DNA of 64,000 nucleotides from Raillietiella orientalis. Taxonomy: Eukaryota. The notes under the pieces are model-generated. The model was not told the origin of the DNA. It was given only the letters and a program-made list of their open reading frames with translations, and did not search any database. Shown one piece after another: positions 13,101 through 25,313 of the stretch. The stretch lies in contig JAYWIR010000003.1 in the NCBI GenBank assembly GCA_036172245.1, positions 3,782,001 to 3,846,000 on the forward strand, given 5' to 3'. Position 1 is the stretch's first letter. Each line of letters begins with the position of its first letter. The translations under genes and the position numbers were made by a program.

Positions 13101-14260
13101 CGTCCAGGACGCGCAGCTGGCGCGCGAACGATGAACGCCACGTTCCCGCCAGCGGTCCTCGCGGGAGACCCAACTACGACGAAGGCCGTGCAGCACCATC
13201 CACGCACCCACACCTGCCAAACGGAACGGAACGCACTTGGAAAACAGCATCCGCTCGGCTGCTCCGACCGAGCCGGTCCCTTGCAGTTGTCATCACCCGC
13301 CGGCGCGTACCAGGGATTGGTCGGGCCGGCCGCCCCCGGGAGCAACCCTCCGACTTCCGCAACCTCTGCGACAACCGCGCGGGCGCCCCCGCAGCCAGAC
13401 GATCCGCGCGACACTCGCAACGAGTCCCACGACACACGACCCCTCGTGCTACCGCGCCTGCGCCGCTTCCTCAGGTGAGTACCGATCTCCCTCTCCCGGT
13501 CTTCGCCACGCGTCCTTCGCCTCCCCCCCCAGTGCCCGGGCACCAGGTGCCAGAGACGTCGCCCACCACCAGAGTGGCGAGCCGCGAATATCCCACCGGT
13601 GGACCGCATCTTCCCTGCGCTCCCGCCGCCGAACCTCACCGAGCGACCGGATCTCCGGCCGACGGATTTGCGTCCGCGGTCACCGCCACGGACGACGGCA
13701 TACGCGACGCTTTCCTTCCGAGTGGACACCTCGCGCTCGGCACCGCCGCAGCCATGCGCGTAACCAGCATGCGCCGACACCAAACTCGACGTCGGGTCAG
13801 GCCCCTCTCGCTGCTGTGCTGCTGCTTATGCCACGCGCCCGAGCCCGGAGAGGCGACGCCCCGTCCGACAGCCACCACGGCAGCTCGACGTCGGTGCGAA
13901 CGAACTCGCGAACCGCCCGCGACCCCTGCCGAGAGTTGAAAGACCTCAGCGCGCGACCTCGCGACTCCTCGGCCAAATCCACTCCCTAGCGTCAGTGGAT
14001 CGCGCGCACGACGACGACCGCGAGTGACGTCCACCGCGCCCTTCCACACCTCCACCCGCGTGCCAACCACCCTGCCAGGCGCGCCTCATTCGCGCCAACG
14101 TCTCTCCCGGGAAGCCCGAGGCCCCTGCGCCGCTCCGCGCCCACGGCGGGCATGCCGATACCCGCGGCAGCGCGCTCACCCCTCCTCTCCCGCCCGCCGC
14201 CACTCATCCATCCCTTCCAGAATCCATCCCCGACAGAACAGCGACGCCTGCAAGCCGGCC

Positions 14261-15829
14261 ATGGCCTCGACCGCCTCTCCCTTCATCCGCCCATTGGGCA
14301 AGCTGGAAACCATGGCCCTGCGTATCCACGAGCACTGCGGCTCCCTCACCATCGTGTACTCCCTGCAGGTGCAAAGCAAAGTTCCCATCCGGGACGAGCA
14401 CCTGAAACAGGCGCTCTCCATACTCTTCCGGTAATGGCCGCGACCTGTCAAGCACGCCCAACCGAGTCGCCCACCCTTCTTTTCGAGGGCGCGACGCGCG
14501 AGCAGCGGCAGCAGTCGTCGATAGCGCGCGCGCGCGCGCGCGCACGAGCACGTTATGCAGCATGCGCCCTTCTTTCCTTGTTCCCTTCGCGCACCCAGGA
14601 AGCTGCAGCACCTCCGCTGCTGCATCGACGGCGCCGTCTTCCGGGAGATGTCGTGCGAGACGATCGACTTCGAGACGCTGCAAGCGGACGACTGGAAGAA
14701 AGAGTACGAGGCGCTGCTCGAGCACCAGTACGCCCTGCGCGATGGGCCGCTCTGGTGCTGCAGGATGGTGCGCTCCAAACACGCCACGCCTGACGAACAA
14801 CATGCCCAGTCCGAACAACGCTCTCCTCACGTCTTCCTGTTCGCCTTTCTACACTGCATCACCGACAGCACGTCCGACATGAGCACCTTCCGCCACTTCC
14901 TCCGCATCCTCAACAACGTCCTGCAGGGGAACCCTTCCGAGGAGCCGCCCATCACCATGCAGCCCAGCATGGACGACCTGGTGCCCTGCGCGCAAAGGCG
15001 CCTGCGATTCGCTGACGCCGCCGCCCTGCTCACCGAAGCCTGGCACCTGCTCACCAAGAGGTGCCCCTTCTACGAAGGACACCCGCCCGCCCAGCTGCAC
15101 GGAGAGCCCGTCACCAGGACCATCCACGCCATCCTCGACGCACGGCAAACCAGTCGCGTACTGCGCAGGTGCAAGCAGGAAGGAGCCACCGTACACGGCG
15201 CCTTCTGCATCGCCGCCGCCTTCGCCATGCTCGCCATGACCGACGAGTTCCGCAAGCACAAGACCGCCGCCCTGCGCGTGGGGCACGCCGTCAACCTGCG
15301 CAGGTTCCTAGGCCAACCCAACCTCGACACATTCGGGCCCTGCCTCGTCCTCCTCAACCACACCGTCAGCATACCAGCCAACTGCACCGACACGTTCTGG
15401 ACCCACGCACGACAGTACACCCACTTCCTGCACCAACAGCTACACCACGGCAAGCCCTTCCAGGCCAAGCGCGTCATGGAGGCCTGCTACAGGAACCCCA
15501 TCCCCATCGTCGACTGGCAGAGGGACCCAAAGCGCCACAACTGCCTCTACGACTTCGGCACAAGCAACATGGGCAACATCGACCACCTCATCCACGGAAA
15601 AGAAAGCCTCCTCGACCTCACCTCCCTACACCGATCCACCTCCTACCAGAACATGGGCTCCGGATTCACCCACAACCTGCAGACGTACCGAGGAAGGCTG
15701 CATTACACCCTCGACTACTTCACCAACGTCGTCGACACGCGCGCCGCCCAGGACTACAGCGACCGCGTCGTCCACGTCCTCACCCGCGTCAGCAGCAGCG
15801 ACGCCGCAACCAGAGACCCGCACGCGTAG
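14261..15829 (+). CDS. CoA-dependent acyltransferase, condensation-domain/alcohol-acetyltransferase (AATase)-like, 466 aa; join(14261..14430,14599..15829); arm copy 1
   Basis: ATG in GCCGGCCATGG. Phase-2 intron CG|gtaatg...cccag|G (168 nt). Motifs RPLGKLE (N-terminal), GPLW, FLHCITDS (HxxxD), TVHGA, VNLRRF, TSNMG. Homologous with the paralog at 30902-36674, with the same intron position. A possible 5' UTR intron at 13475..14220. Confidence 0.9.
14524..14543. repeat. (GC)10 alternating tract in the acyltransferase intron (mirror 50471-50490)
   Basis: gcgcgcgcgcgcgcgcgcgc read directly. Confidence 0.95.
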
Positions 15830-18800
15830 CCGCTGCCCCGCCACGCTCCTGCCGTGCCTCCACCGCAACCATAAAGATTCCTCCTCCCGAAACCAAGCTT
15901 CATCTCGTCACTGCCAACGGCGCCCACCGTCTCACCGACATACAGCCTTCTTCCACGCCTCCTTCGCACCACCCGACCATGCGTCCCCTCCCAACAGCTC
16001 ACACGCGCACCGCCAACACCTTCCCTTTCCCTCCTGGAAGCACTAGCAGGCCCCAGCACCACCGCTTTCGCGGAACTCGTGCTGCACCTCTTCCCTTCGC
16101 GCAGCCGAAACGCTCTCGTTCGACACCGCCTGCAAGCCAGCCCTCTCTTCCCATTCGTCCAACTGCCCGGGCACGCAGCCGCCTTCGCCATACCAGAAGG
16201 CTATCGCGAAATCGAGCACTTCCCTGCGAGGGAAGCACCGCTCACCCCCATACCCGGAAAAGCCACCCGCGCAGTGCACGTCGGCGCAGCAAGACCCATC
16301 CGCGTCCATAGTCCGCTCGCGCACCAACACCTGAAAAGCACGCATCCGTTCAGCACCTGCGACTCGCTCGCACACTCACGTTGGCTGCCCAACCAACTTG
16401 CCTTCCTTCCTCCATCGCTTCTTTCCTCGCTCGCAGACCACCTTCCCACGCGCCTGGCCTCGTCGCGACCTCAACTCTTGCCCTTCGCATCCAGTCCCAG
16501 CCACCGCGCACAGCCAGCCGCTTCCTACCCTGCACACGCCACGTGCATCGATCCCGGAAGACCGAAGCTGCTACGCGCAGCAAACACATCCGTCCCTGCC
16601 GAAGAGCGCTTCAGCCGTACCACCGCACGCTTGCCATCCTCGCTCCACATGACCCCTGAGCAACGCGCAAAACCAACCAACACAACGAGCTTCCTCTTCT
16701 CCTCGCAACCTTTCCAAGCACTGCCATTCCGAGCCACCGAGCCTACGATCTCTTCACGACCAGCACACATCCCTTACGACCACTCCCCTTCACCCATACT
16801 ATTGGCAACGTTGCTCTCCGACAAAAACCCCACTACGCCCACTCATCTTCATTCAATCGCCCCCCTCGCCCACAATTCGGCAGACCACGCCCAAACACCA
16901 TCCGCTCCTCCACAGGCCACGTAACCCGTCGTCGGCGATCGCCTTCGCACCGACTCCACCTTTGCACCACGCACACCACCTGCCACGCCCAGCCTCACAC
17001 GATCGGATCGGTTGCCCGCAGCCTTTGCGCTCCCGGTCACGACAGCACGCTCTCCTCTTGCCATGGCCAGGTATCCATCAGCATGCCTCTCCGCTTTCAT
17101 CCTCGCTCACCAGCACGAACTGCCCGGCGCACCAACACGCCGTCTTCACTTTCCAAAACCGACACTCTTTCGCCCATGCCCTGGAAATACGTCAAATACG
17201 TGCCCGCTGACCTCTCAAAAACGCTCCATCTACGCCAACTTCTTCGTGTGCGAAAGCGAAGCATCGACGCAAAAACAGCTCCGACGGAAAAGTGTCCTCG
17301 CACGCAACTCGAACTGACCGCTCGACGCCTAACGCTCTCACCCAACCACCACGCATTCCCGGATGTTCCTCCATCCCTTCCGGCATCCTGCTGACGGCAG
17401 CACTCCGCCCCTGCTCCAGCCATGCAGCTGCACACAAGGCAGCGAAACGAGGCGCCGTTTCGCAGCGTGCAGCAACTTCCCCCTACTTCCAAAAAAGGCA
17501 CCCATACCCACCCACCCTCCCCTTCAATCTGCGGACAATGCGCAACCAACACCAAATACACCAGTCCCTTTATTCACGAGCAGCATGCCACACACTCCAC
17601 AGTTGGCACGTTGCTAGGGCAAACGCTCGAAAACGTAAAGCAGCCCAACAGGTCACCAGCACCGGGTGCGCCTGCAGCAACGAACAGCAGGTCATCTTTT
17701 TCCTGCGCTCAAGGCACTCAGCAAAAAGCCACTCCCTCAGGATGTTGGCTCCCATCATGGAGGCGGTTCAATCCTAGCTACCACCTGCAGCCTCCTTCAT
17801 CTCCAACCATGCTTTCTTCTCAGAAGCTGCTTCCCTTCCAACCTTCACAAGCGTGTCCATCCAACACAGTGCTGAAGCATCGCAGTCTCCTTCCAACTAC
17901 CCACACATTCAGCACTTCTGCTCTGCCGCAAGCAACAGACACCACCTAAAAACACTTTCTTCAACCACCTTCAACACGCTTCAGCACTCTGGAGAAAAAA
18001 AGCACAAGCAAATGCAGCTCCATAAACAGAAGACATGCAGCAATAGCTTTGAAAAATCAGCTGGCAAAATCTCCCACATCTACAAATTCCCTGCCATGGC
18101 ACTTTTGCAGCTACTGCAGGGAAAGGTTCAGAGCTGAAACATCTCTCAGGTGCACTCCTTTGCTCCATGCCCCAAACCGTTTGCCATCCTGTCTACATTT
18201 ACATTGTAAACATGCACAAGCAGCCCAATTCACCCTGCAGCCTCTTGGCTACCCAAGCAAGCAAAATTCACACCCCATCCACTCCCATGCCATCACCCCA
18301 TTCCGTACCCTGCAACAGCAACCTGCAAAGTACTTTCGCAGCAGCCCTACACTACTTGCCACCAAACATCCTATGCTTCAAACAAAACAAACAAATCCAC
18401 CAACACACGGTTCCAAGGAATGCACCACCAGACGGTAGGAAACTTTGGAGAAGCACCACATCAATTTCTGCATTCAACACCTCATGCTCAACAGGCACGA
18501 TCAAAGGGTGGAGAGTAAGAAGCACAGGCAGAGCAGGCCAGCAACACGCGTGCAGCTGCAATTCCATGCTTCCCACAAACACCAGAACACCAACTGTGCA
18601 GCAATCAAAACCCAAGTCATGTCCAATTCGCGAAAAGGCATGCAACCACATTCGCAGATGCCAGTGGGCAACTGAAAAAGACTAGTTTCGTTCCCCAACC
18701 TCACCTTGGCCCTGGACAACAAAAACGCTGCCACCAGCCGCCGGTACCCGGCACCAGCACCGCTGGCGCAGCACATCGACTTGGCAACAAACTCAACAAA

Positions 18801-21800
18801 CCAAAATACCATCCGAATACAATTGCCTACCAATGCATTTCCAATCTCAAGCAGTGCACAGCCGTCCAGGAGAACGCCATCGTACCCGCAAACACGCGCT
18901 CATTCTGCACACGCAAAACGCACGTCCTCAGGAAGGAAAACCAAAATGAATGCAAAATCACCCGACGCTCCTTCCAAGAATCCAATTTTTGGCCTCCCTC
19001 GGCAACTTCCGATTTCACCACGCATTCAACACGGCGTGAGAAAGGAGGCACTCGCACAACCCCGCAGGCACGCTTCCGATGATGCTTGCACTGCAAAACA
19101 ACGCCTCTCCCCTGCCAAACAGCAGACCTGCAAACACCAGCCCACGCTCCGACTCCCTTTCCACGCCTGCGCTCGCACGGTTGCCAGAACACTTCCGGCA
19201 AACGCTGCTGCCATGCCGCTCGCGTCCGTTTGTGCCGCGATTCCGCAACGCGAAAAGTCCGCGATCGGGTGACCACTGGCCGCCACCTCCTCCCATCGCT
19301 CGTCCAATGCAAAACGCACTCTGCAAAACGGACTGCTCAGCCTGGCAACTCCCTGCTCCCGACCTCGACGGCGGTCCCATCCTACTCTCAGCAGCACGTC
19401 TGCACCTTGCGCAATGCCTCCTTCATCGACCGGCGAGGCAATCCAACTTTCTCGACGCGGTCGTTCCGCTTTCCCGGGGTGCCGATCGCGCGCGCAGCGT
19501 GCGGGGCATTCCGCGCGAACCATCGCGCTCCCTTTCCTCCCTCGCTTCGTGAGAAACAGCAGGCCCTGGTCGCCTTTCGGCGTGCGCTCCCAACCAAAGC
19601 ACCCGCGTTGCCGTCTACTTCGATCGCGTCTTCCGCTTTCCGACGCTCAGAAGGGAGGCAAGTCCACCAACCAAACGGCGTCTCCTCCATCGACCAGCGA
19701 CGGTCGCGTCCACTGCTTTCGCGCGATTTCCCATCGCCCAGTTCCTCTTTCTCTTCCTCTTACCGAGTTGGCTGTTCGAGTGGTGAGTCGGAACTCGGTG
19801 CGCGCATGCATTCCTTGAGGAAGCAGCTGGCGTCCAACCGACGCGCGGAACACGGTTCGAACGCCGTTTCCGGATCCGAGAGAGCCCCAACGCTTTCGAG
19901 TCGAGGGCGGCGCGTCGTTTCGGTTGCTCCCCATTCCGCTCCCTACCGATGTCCTTCCATTCTTCGGGGACTTCCTCTCGCGAGGATGGCTCCTCTGCAG
20001 TGCGCTTCCAGTCGCCACACGCATCCTGGAAAGGACAACGGAAACGAGCAACCTCACCTGGTTCGCAAAAGCGCCCTCCTCTCCTTCCCTGCATTCCTGC
20101 CGTGCTTGTCAGCGTCAACAGCGGACTTAGAGCAAGCCTCTCCCCGAGATGCCTGCCTGTCGTCCTGAGGGTGCTGCTGGAGCAAGCCTTGCTTCCTGGA
20201 AGCAGTCCTGCACGCGCATACGCTCCGTCCGCTCTGCGTCCTCCGTTCGGCAGACGTGCCGGGTGGCTCGCAGCAATTGCATCCGGGAGCAGTTCGGGCC
20301 TTCAGCAACGGTGCGATGAAAATCGGAACAGATGAAGAAGGGAGCCGGGAAAGCGCGACGGGAGGCAGTCGTCGTCGCTGTTGGTTCGTCCGGCATGGGG
20401 GGGCACCACCGCACGCCGTGCCGCGCTTCCGGATGATCGCAGAATTCGCTCCAAACGCGCGCCAGTTGCCGTCCTCCAACCGAAAAGGGAGCGCGAAGGC
20501 TGCAGGCCGTCCCCTGGAATGCCGAACGTTGGAAGAAGACGTTCACGCAGAACTGAGCGCACACGAACGCAGGCGCATCCTCTACGTATGGGCTTGCCCA
20601 CCGCTCGTGGGAAATCTGCGGTGACGAGAAAGCTGCGAGCTCCGCATGCGCGTGCAGCTCAAGAGCAGGAGCACGCAGGCGCCCATCCCACCGGAAGACC
20701 TCCATCTGCAGCGGAAACGGTGCGAATGCGGGCAGAGAGCGAGGAGGACGATGCACGTATCGTCCTCCTCCCGCAGACAGCGCGCAGCAACAACCCTGCA
20801 GGGAAGAAGCGGTGGTTGCTTGACGCCCCTGCGGGTGGCGGTGGCTGCCCATTGAGGAACTGCGTCTTCTTCCTGGTGCGGGGCAGAGCGAGCCAAATCG
20901 ACGCGCTTTCCAACCCAAGGCAGAAAGGAGTTCGATGCCCGCGCAACGGATCGGCGGAAACGTGGGCTGCCTCCGCAACGCGCTACCCCCCCCTACCCCC
21001 CCCCCCCGAGCGTCTACTTTCCGGACCACGCGGGGCGAGAACTGGTGTTCAGTGTCTGGACGCCGGCACGGTCAGCTGGTCATCCCGCAGATGCTACTGC
21101 AAGTGCTCCTCCAAAGTATGGCACTCGGTGAGCACCTGCGGTCCTCTGCACGGTGTGCCACTTTTTTCCACGTTGCATTCTTCGGCGACACGCTGCAAGA
21201 CAAGGAGTTGTTCCGCTAGCACAACGCTGCTGACGCGCGACGTCTGCATTGCGCATTCCGCTGAGTCAAATGTCCCAGTCGAGGGTGGAATTCCGCCCTG
21301 AAATCTCCCGGTGATCGCAGAGCAGAAGACATACCTGGCGACAGGAGGCTCCCGAGTCCTGGGTGACCAGAGAAACCTCGTACGCTGCCAAAGCTCCTTT
21401 GCGATTCGCCGAGAGATCTCCGGTCTGCGGGACAGCACGCAGTGGCCACGGATACCCTTCGCACTCCTTCGCGCAACACCATATGCCCTCAGGGTAGCCG
21501 ATCGGAAGCGCGGAACGCATCGCGCACCATTGCAAGTGTCGCCAAACACCTGCACGACTGCACGACGAGCGCGTTGGCGAACGCCGCCACTCCACGTTGC
21601 CGGCAGAAGCAACTGCTTCGGCGACGCCGCTCCAGCTTCTTGCGTGCCCGTGGAACTACTGGTTCTTCCCTCCCTCGCGTACGTACACCACGGTGCTCCT
21701 GCGGCTGCGTAGGGAACGAGATGTCCTGCAGGTTCTGCTGCTCTGGGGATCCCGGTGCAACGAGCACCCGGTATTCGACAGAGCTGCATCCATGCACTGT

Positions 21801-22412
21801 CTGAGACGCCTTGGTAAGCGCGGAGCCAAGAAGTCGGCATGGAGACGGCGACAATTCAATGTTAGCTGCAAGAAGGGAGCTTCCAAAGATCCGTGCCCCT
21901 ACCCTTCCTCCGTTTGCCGCGTTCGTTGCCTCCTCTTGCCGCTACTCATTCTCTATCAAGCCGACTTCCGACCTGGTGCTGACTCCCACACAACTTCTTT
22001 CTCCCTTTCTTCCTGCTTCGTGGCTGTTTCGTCGCCTCCGCTTTGTAGTTTCTTTGTCTGCAAGGAACGTCCCGACATCCTCCGGCAGCTGCGCACAGCA
22101 TCCGCTACCTGAGCCTCGTGCTGATGATGCATCGTGTGGTTCGTCTTCCTGCCAGCGCGTCGCCGCCAGAGGGGATGCTCAGGCGATCCGAGGGGGAGGA
22201 TGGATGCGAGGGCGATCTTGCGGCTCGACTGCGGCTTCGCGTTCTTTCGAGGGTTCGTGCACTTCCAGATGGGGAGGGGAAACCGAGAACAGCAGGCACG
22301 GCTGCTCATTTCGGAAAAGGACGTGCATGTCGAGGGGGGAGACTCGCGGTCGCAGGGCGGCACAGGGGGGGTGACGACGAAAGACGTGTATCTCGTGATC
22401 ACGCGTGTGGCG

Positions 22413-25313
22413 ACGAGGCTGGCCTCAGTGATGAAGGTGAAGAAGAACCGATGCCGTAGGGCCAGTTGGGATCGGGATCCTGAACGAGGGCAGTAGAGCT
22501 GCACAGTAAGAGGGCTAATGCGGACTATCGCAGTGGCGCCCTCCTCTCGCGAAACGAACGCCCCTCGTGGTGGAAAGATGAAGGTCCGAGGCGACCTCCC
22601 GCGGAATGCTGCGCCCACAACTCTGTTCCTCCTCCCTTCCGCGATGCTCGTTGCGGCGCGCATCGTGCGGACGAAGAGGTTCCCTTGCGGAGGGCCTGTC
22701 GCCTCGGACGGCGAGATGCTGGGCAGAGCAGAGCCGTGCGATTCCAATTCGCAAGAAGTTCGGTGCTGCGATCCCACCCTTCCTACTGCCCGGTTCTTCT
22801 CTTGCGATCGTTTTTCCCGCCAAGGGGAGAGATGGTTAGGGGTGGGGCTGCCATCTGACGGGGGGCACCCGCAGCACGCGGCCTGCCCCGTGCGGAGCGA
22901 CCTGTCCAGTAGCGGAGGTGCACCTGGAATTGCCCAGCACTCGCTGGACAATTCCATTCCACCGCCCCCATCTTCTCCCACTTTTTGTCTCACGCGTCCA
23001 GCCGCTCCCACCCGGAAAGCCGCTTCCGAGTGGCTTGTCGCGGTCGGCCGCTCGTTCCTTCGAGAGACGACAAGCTGGACGCTCCGCTGCGCAACTGCGC
23101 GTTGCACCTTCAGCAGCGGCAGCGTTGGTGCCGTTGGATGATCGCAGCCGTGCGATGGTTTCGGGCGCGGTCTCTTGCAGCCCAGCGGCGCACTCCCCGT
23201 GTTCTCCTGCTTCACGCCCGCCTTGCCTGCCAGCGCGGGGAGCGAACGTCTTTGCCGACGGCGCTTCGCTCATTCGGAAGACTTTGCAGAGAAGCTGCTA
23301 AGGTGGGTTGGTACGCGCAGGAACAAGTGGACGCGACCGGGAGCCGCCGCAGGGCCTGCTGACGGCACGCCGGTGTTGCGCAGCCGACGCCGAAGAGGGG
23401 GGCGACGCGTTCCTTCCGGATGAGCGGCAGGAGTGGAGTGCGCTTCTGGCGAGGGCACGACTGGCGTCCGCTGTCCTCGGGAGGGCGGAAACGGCAGGCG
23501 CTGGCACGGTGGTGGCGCGTCGCTCCGTGCAACCGGCTTCCGGACCTTGTTCGCTCGCCTCACCCACCTCTGCCCTCCGCCCTTGCTGCATCGGTCTCGG
23601 TGCGGAAGGCGTTGCGAAAAGCACGCGTGGCGCCTTATCGGCATGGGCGCTGGCGGAAGGGGGGTGGGCTGAGGTTCAGAGGCAGCTTTGCTCCTGGGAA
23701 CGAGCGGAGGTGCCGCTGGTGCACGTGGGCGGCTCGCGGAAATCGCGCGCCATCGCGAGGATCGCCAGTGCGGGCGCTGGGTAGGACGGCATGTGGCGGA
23801 TGCGGATGCGTGAAAGTGCAGAGTATGCAGCAAGCGTTCCGGGAGCAGGTGGGCGTGGCTAGGGTGGGCGCAGGGTGCCCGAGTCGCAGGGTCGCCGTCG
23901 CGGATGTTTGCTGTGTGTGGAGGGGGTGATGAAGCGGGCGGCTCATTCCTCGCCGTGCAGGGGGGATGGGGTGGCGTCGGGGCTGCGGCTGAGTTTCTGG
24001 CGCGCGGTGCTGCGCAAGGTTGGCTGCACCGGGGGCGATAGAGTCGAGGGAGTTGGCGCGTTCGCAGGTGGCCTGCTGGGGACGGATGGAGGCCTCCGGA
24101 AGGCATAGGCGCGCAGTGGCTACCGGGTCCGCCGCGTAGCTGTTGCTTGCGCCGTCGCCGCCTCGCCCTCCAGGGTGCGATGCGGCAGAGGAGGAAGCGG
24201 GTGCCGACGCGGCTCACCCGCTCTCTCCTCTGCCGCATCGCACGTTCCCGAAGACGTTGGGTACGCGCCTATGCGTGCGTCCGTGCGTTTGCCTTCGGCA
24301 GCCACCCGGATGCATCTGCCGGAGCGTTCGCGGTCTCAGCGGCTTGGCGCGCGCGCGCGCACCCCGTTGCTCGGGTCCGGCGCGCCGGCGGTTCGTCGAA
24401 CCGTGCACGCTCGCTCGCCTCTCCTTGCGTTGCGGAGGGTCTGTCAAGGTGCGCCTGCGTAGGTGCCCCCGCTGGTGCGACAGGAATTCGGTTACTGCTT
24501 CGCGAGGGCTGCTGCCGGCGCTAAAGGAAGGGGGAGGGGTGAAAGCCAGTGGCCGCATGGCTGTGCCTCAAGCATCCCAGTCCAGAGGTTGCTAGCGGGA
24601 ATGTGCGCTTTCGACCACCGGCGGAGGGCTTTCCGCGGCGCGGCCCGCTTTCCCCTGTCTGGTCGTCGCCGTGCCGTGGCGGCAAAGCACCGGTGCGTCG
24701 AACGGCCTACCTGATGGCCTATTTTCCGGAGACGGACCGCGTGCTGCGAATAGGGATGGAGGGTGCCGTGGGTTGTGCGCTCGAAACTTGCGTTGAGGAT
24801 CGGTCTGAGGGTGCACGAGGCGGAGATTGCGAGTCCACGCGGAGCGACGCTCGCCCGAGGCGTTCGCGGTGGTCAGGTGGGTACCGGGCGGCGAGCCGGG
24901 ATCGCCGTTTCGTCACGGCCCCATGCGGCGCGGTGGTCGTTCAATCGAACCCTCGTCCAAAGGGTGAGGTGGGAAAGAAATGGTGGCCCGCGGGCACGCG
25001 TGGTGCGCCGCATCTCGGAGGCGCCCTCGGGTTGTCGTCGCGACTGCCGGTGGCGATTTCGGGTCCGATCGGAAGGCGGCTTCTTCTTGCGAACGGATCC
25101 AAAGGAGTGCCGCTGAGCGGAAGGCGTGGGATGGGCGGGGTCGGGAAACAAGAAATCCCTCGGGAACGCTTGTCTCCGTTTGGACGTACCCGGGTCGCCG
25201 GGATTAGTCTTCCCGGAATTCGCATCTGAATCCCGAAACTATGAAATTCGGTCGCGAGCGCGTTGGAGTTTGCTGGAAAGGCGGTTGCAGCTTTTCCCTG
25301 TTGATGCCATTCG
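22413..25313 (-). mobile_element. GC-shifted Tx1/L1-like LINE remnant (mirror of 39700-42600), truncated at the left inner arm boundary
   Basis: Mirror of the element described at 39436-42600. Confidence 0.5.
24175..24243. repeat. Local hairpin, 29-bp stem with 2 mismatches (mirror 40770-40838)
   Basis: GTGCGATGCGGCAGAGGAGGAAGCGGGTG ... CACCCGCTCTCTCCTCTGCCGCATCGCAC. Confidence 0.9.

Larger units (their letters stand above)
11164..25313 (+). repeat. Left arm of a ~14.1-kb inverted repeat (palindrome)
   Basis: Mirror ORFs have coordinate sums of 65014/65013 throughout. The inner end TTGATGCCATTCG (25313) mirrors CGAATGGCATCAA (39700). The outer end decays through a few mismatches at 11164-11213. 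Confidence 0.98.

Noticed and set aside
14555..14598. ORF-track start MQHAPFFPCSLRAP (and mirror 50416-50459)
   Set aside because: Lies in the intron's polypyrimidine/acceptor region; homology with the paralog begins at RKLQHLRC.
11424..25229. Dozens of long overlapping Arg/Pro/Ala-rich ORFs in both arms (e.g. 11498-12781, 12470-13783, 15061-16311, 21956-23215)
   Set aside because: Stop-codon scarcity at ~65-70% GC. They are open in all six frames, have no domains, and some are broken between arms (15061-16311 is truncated in the mirror).
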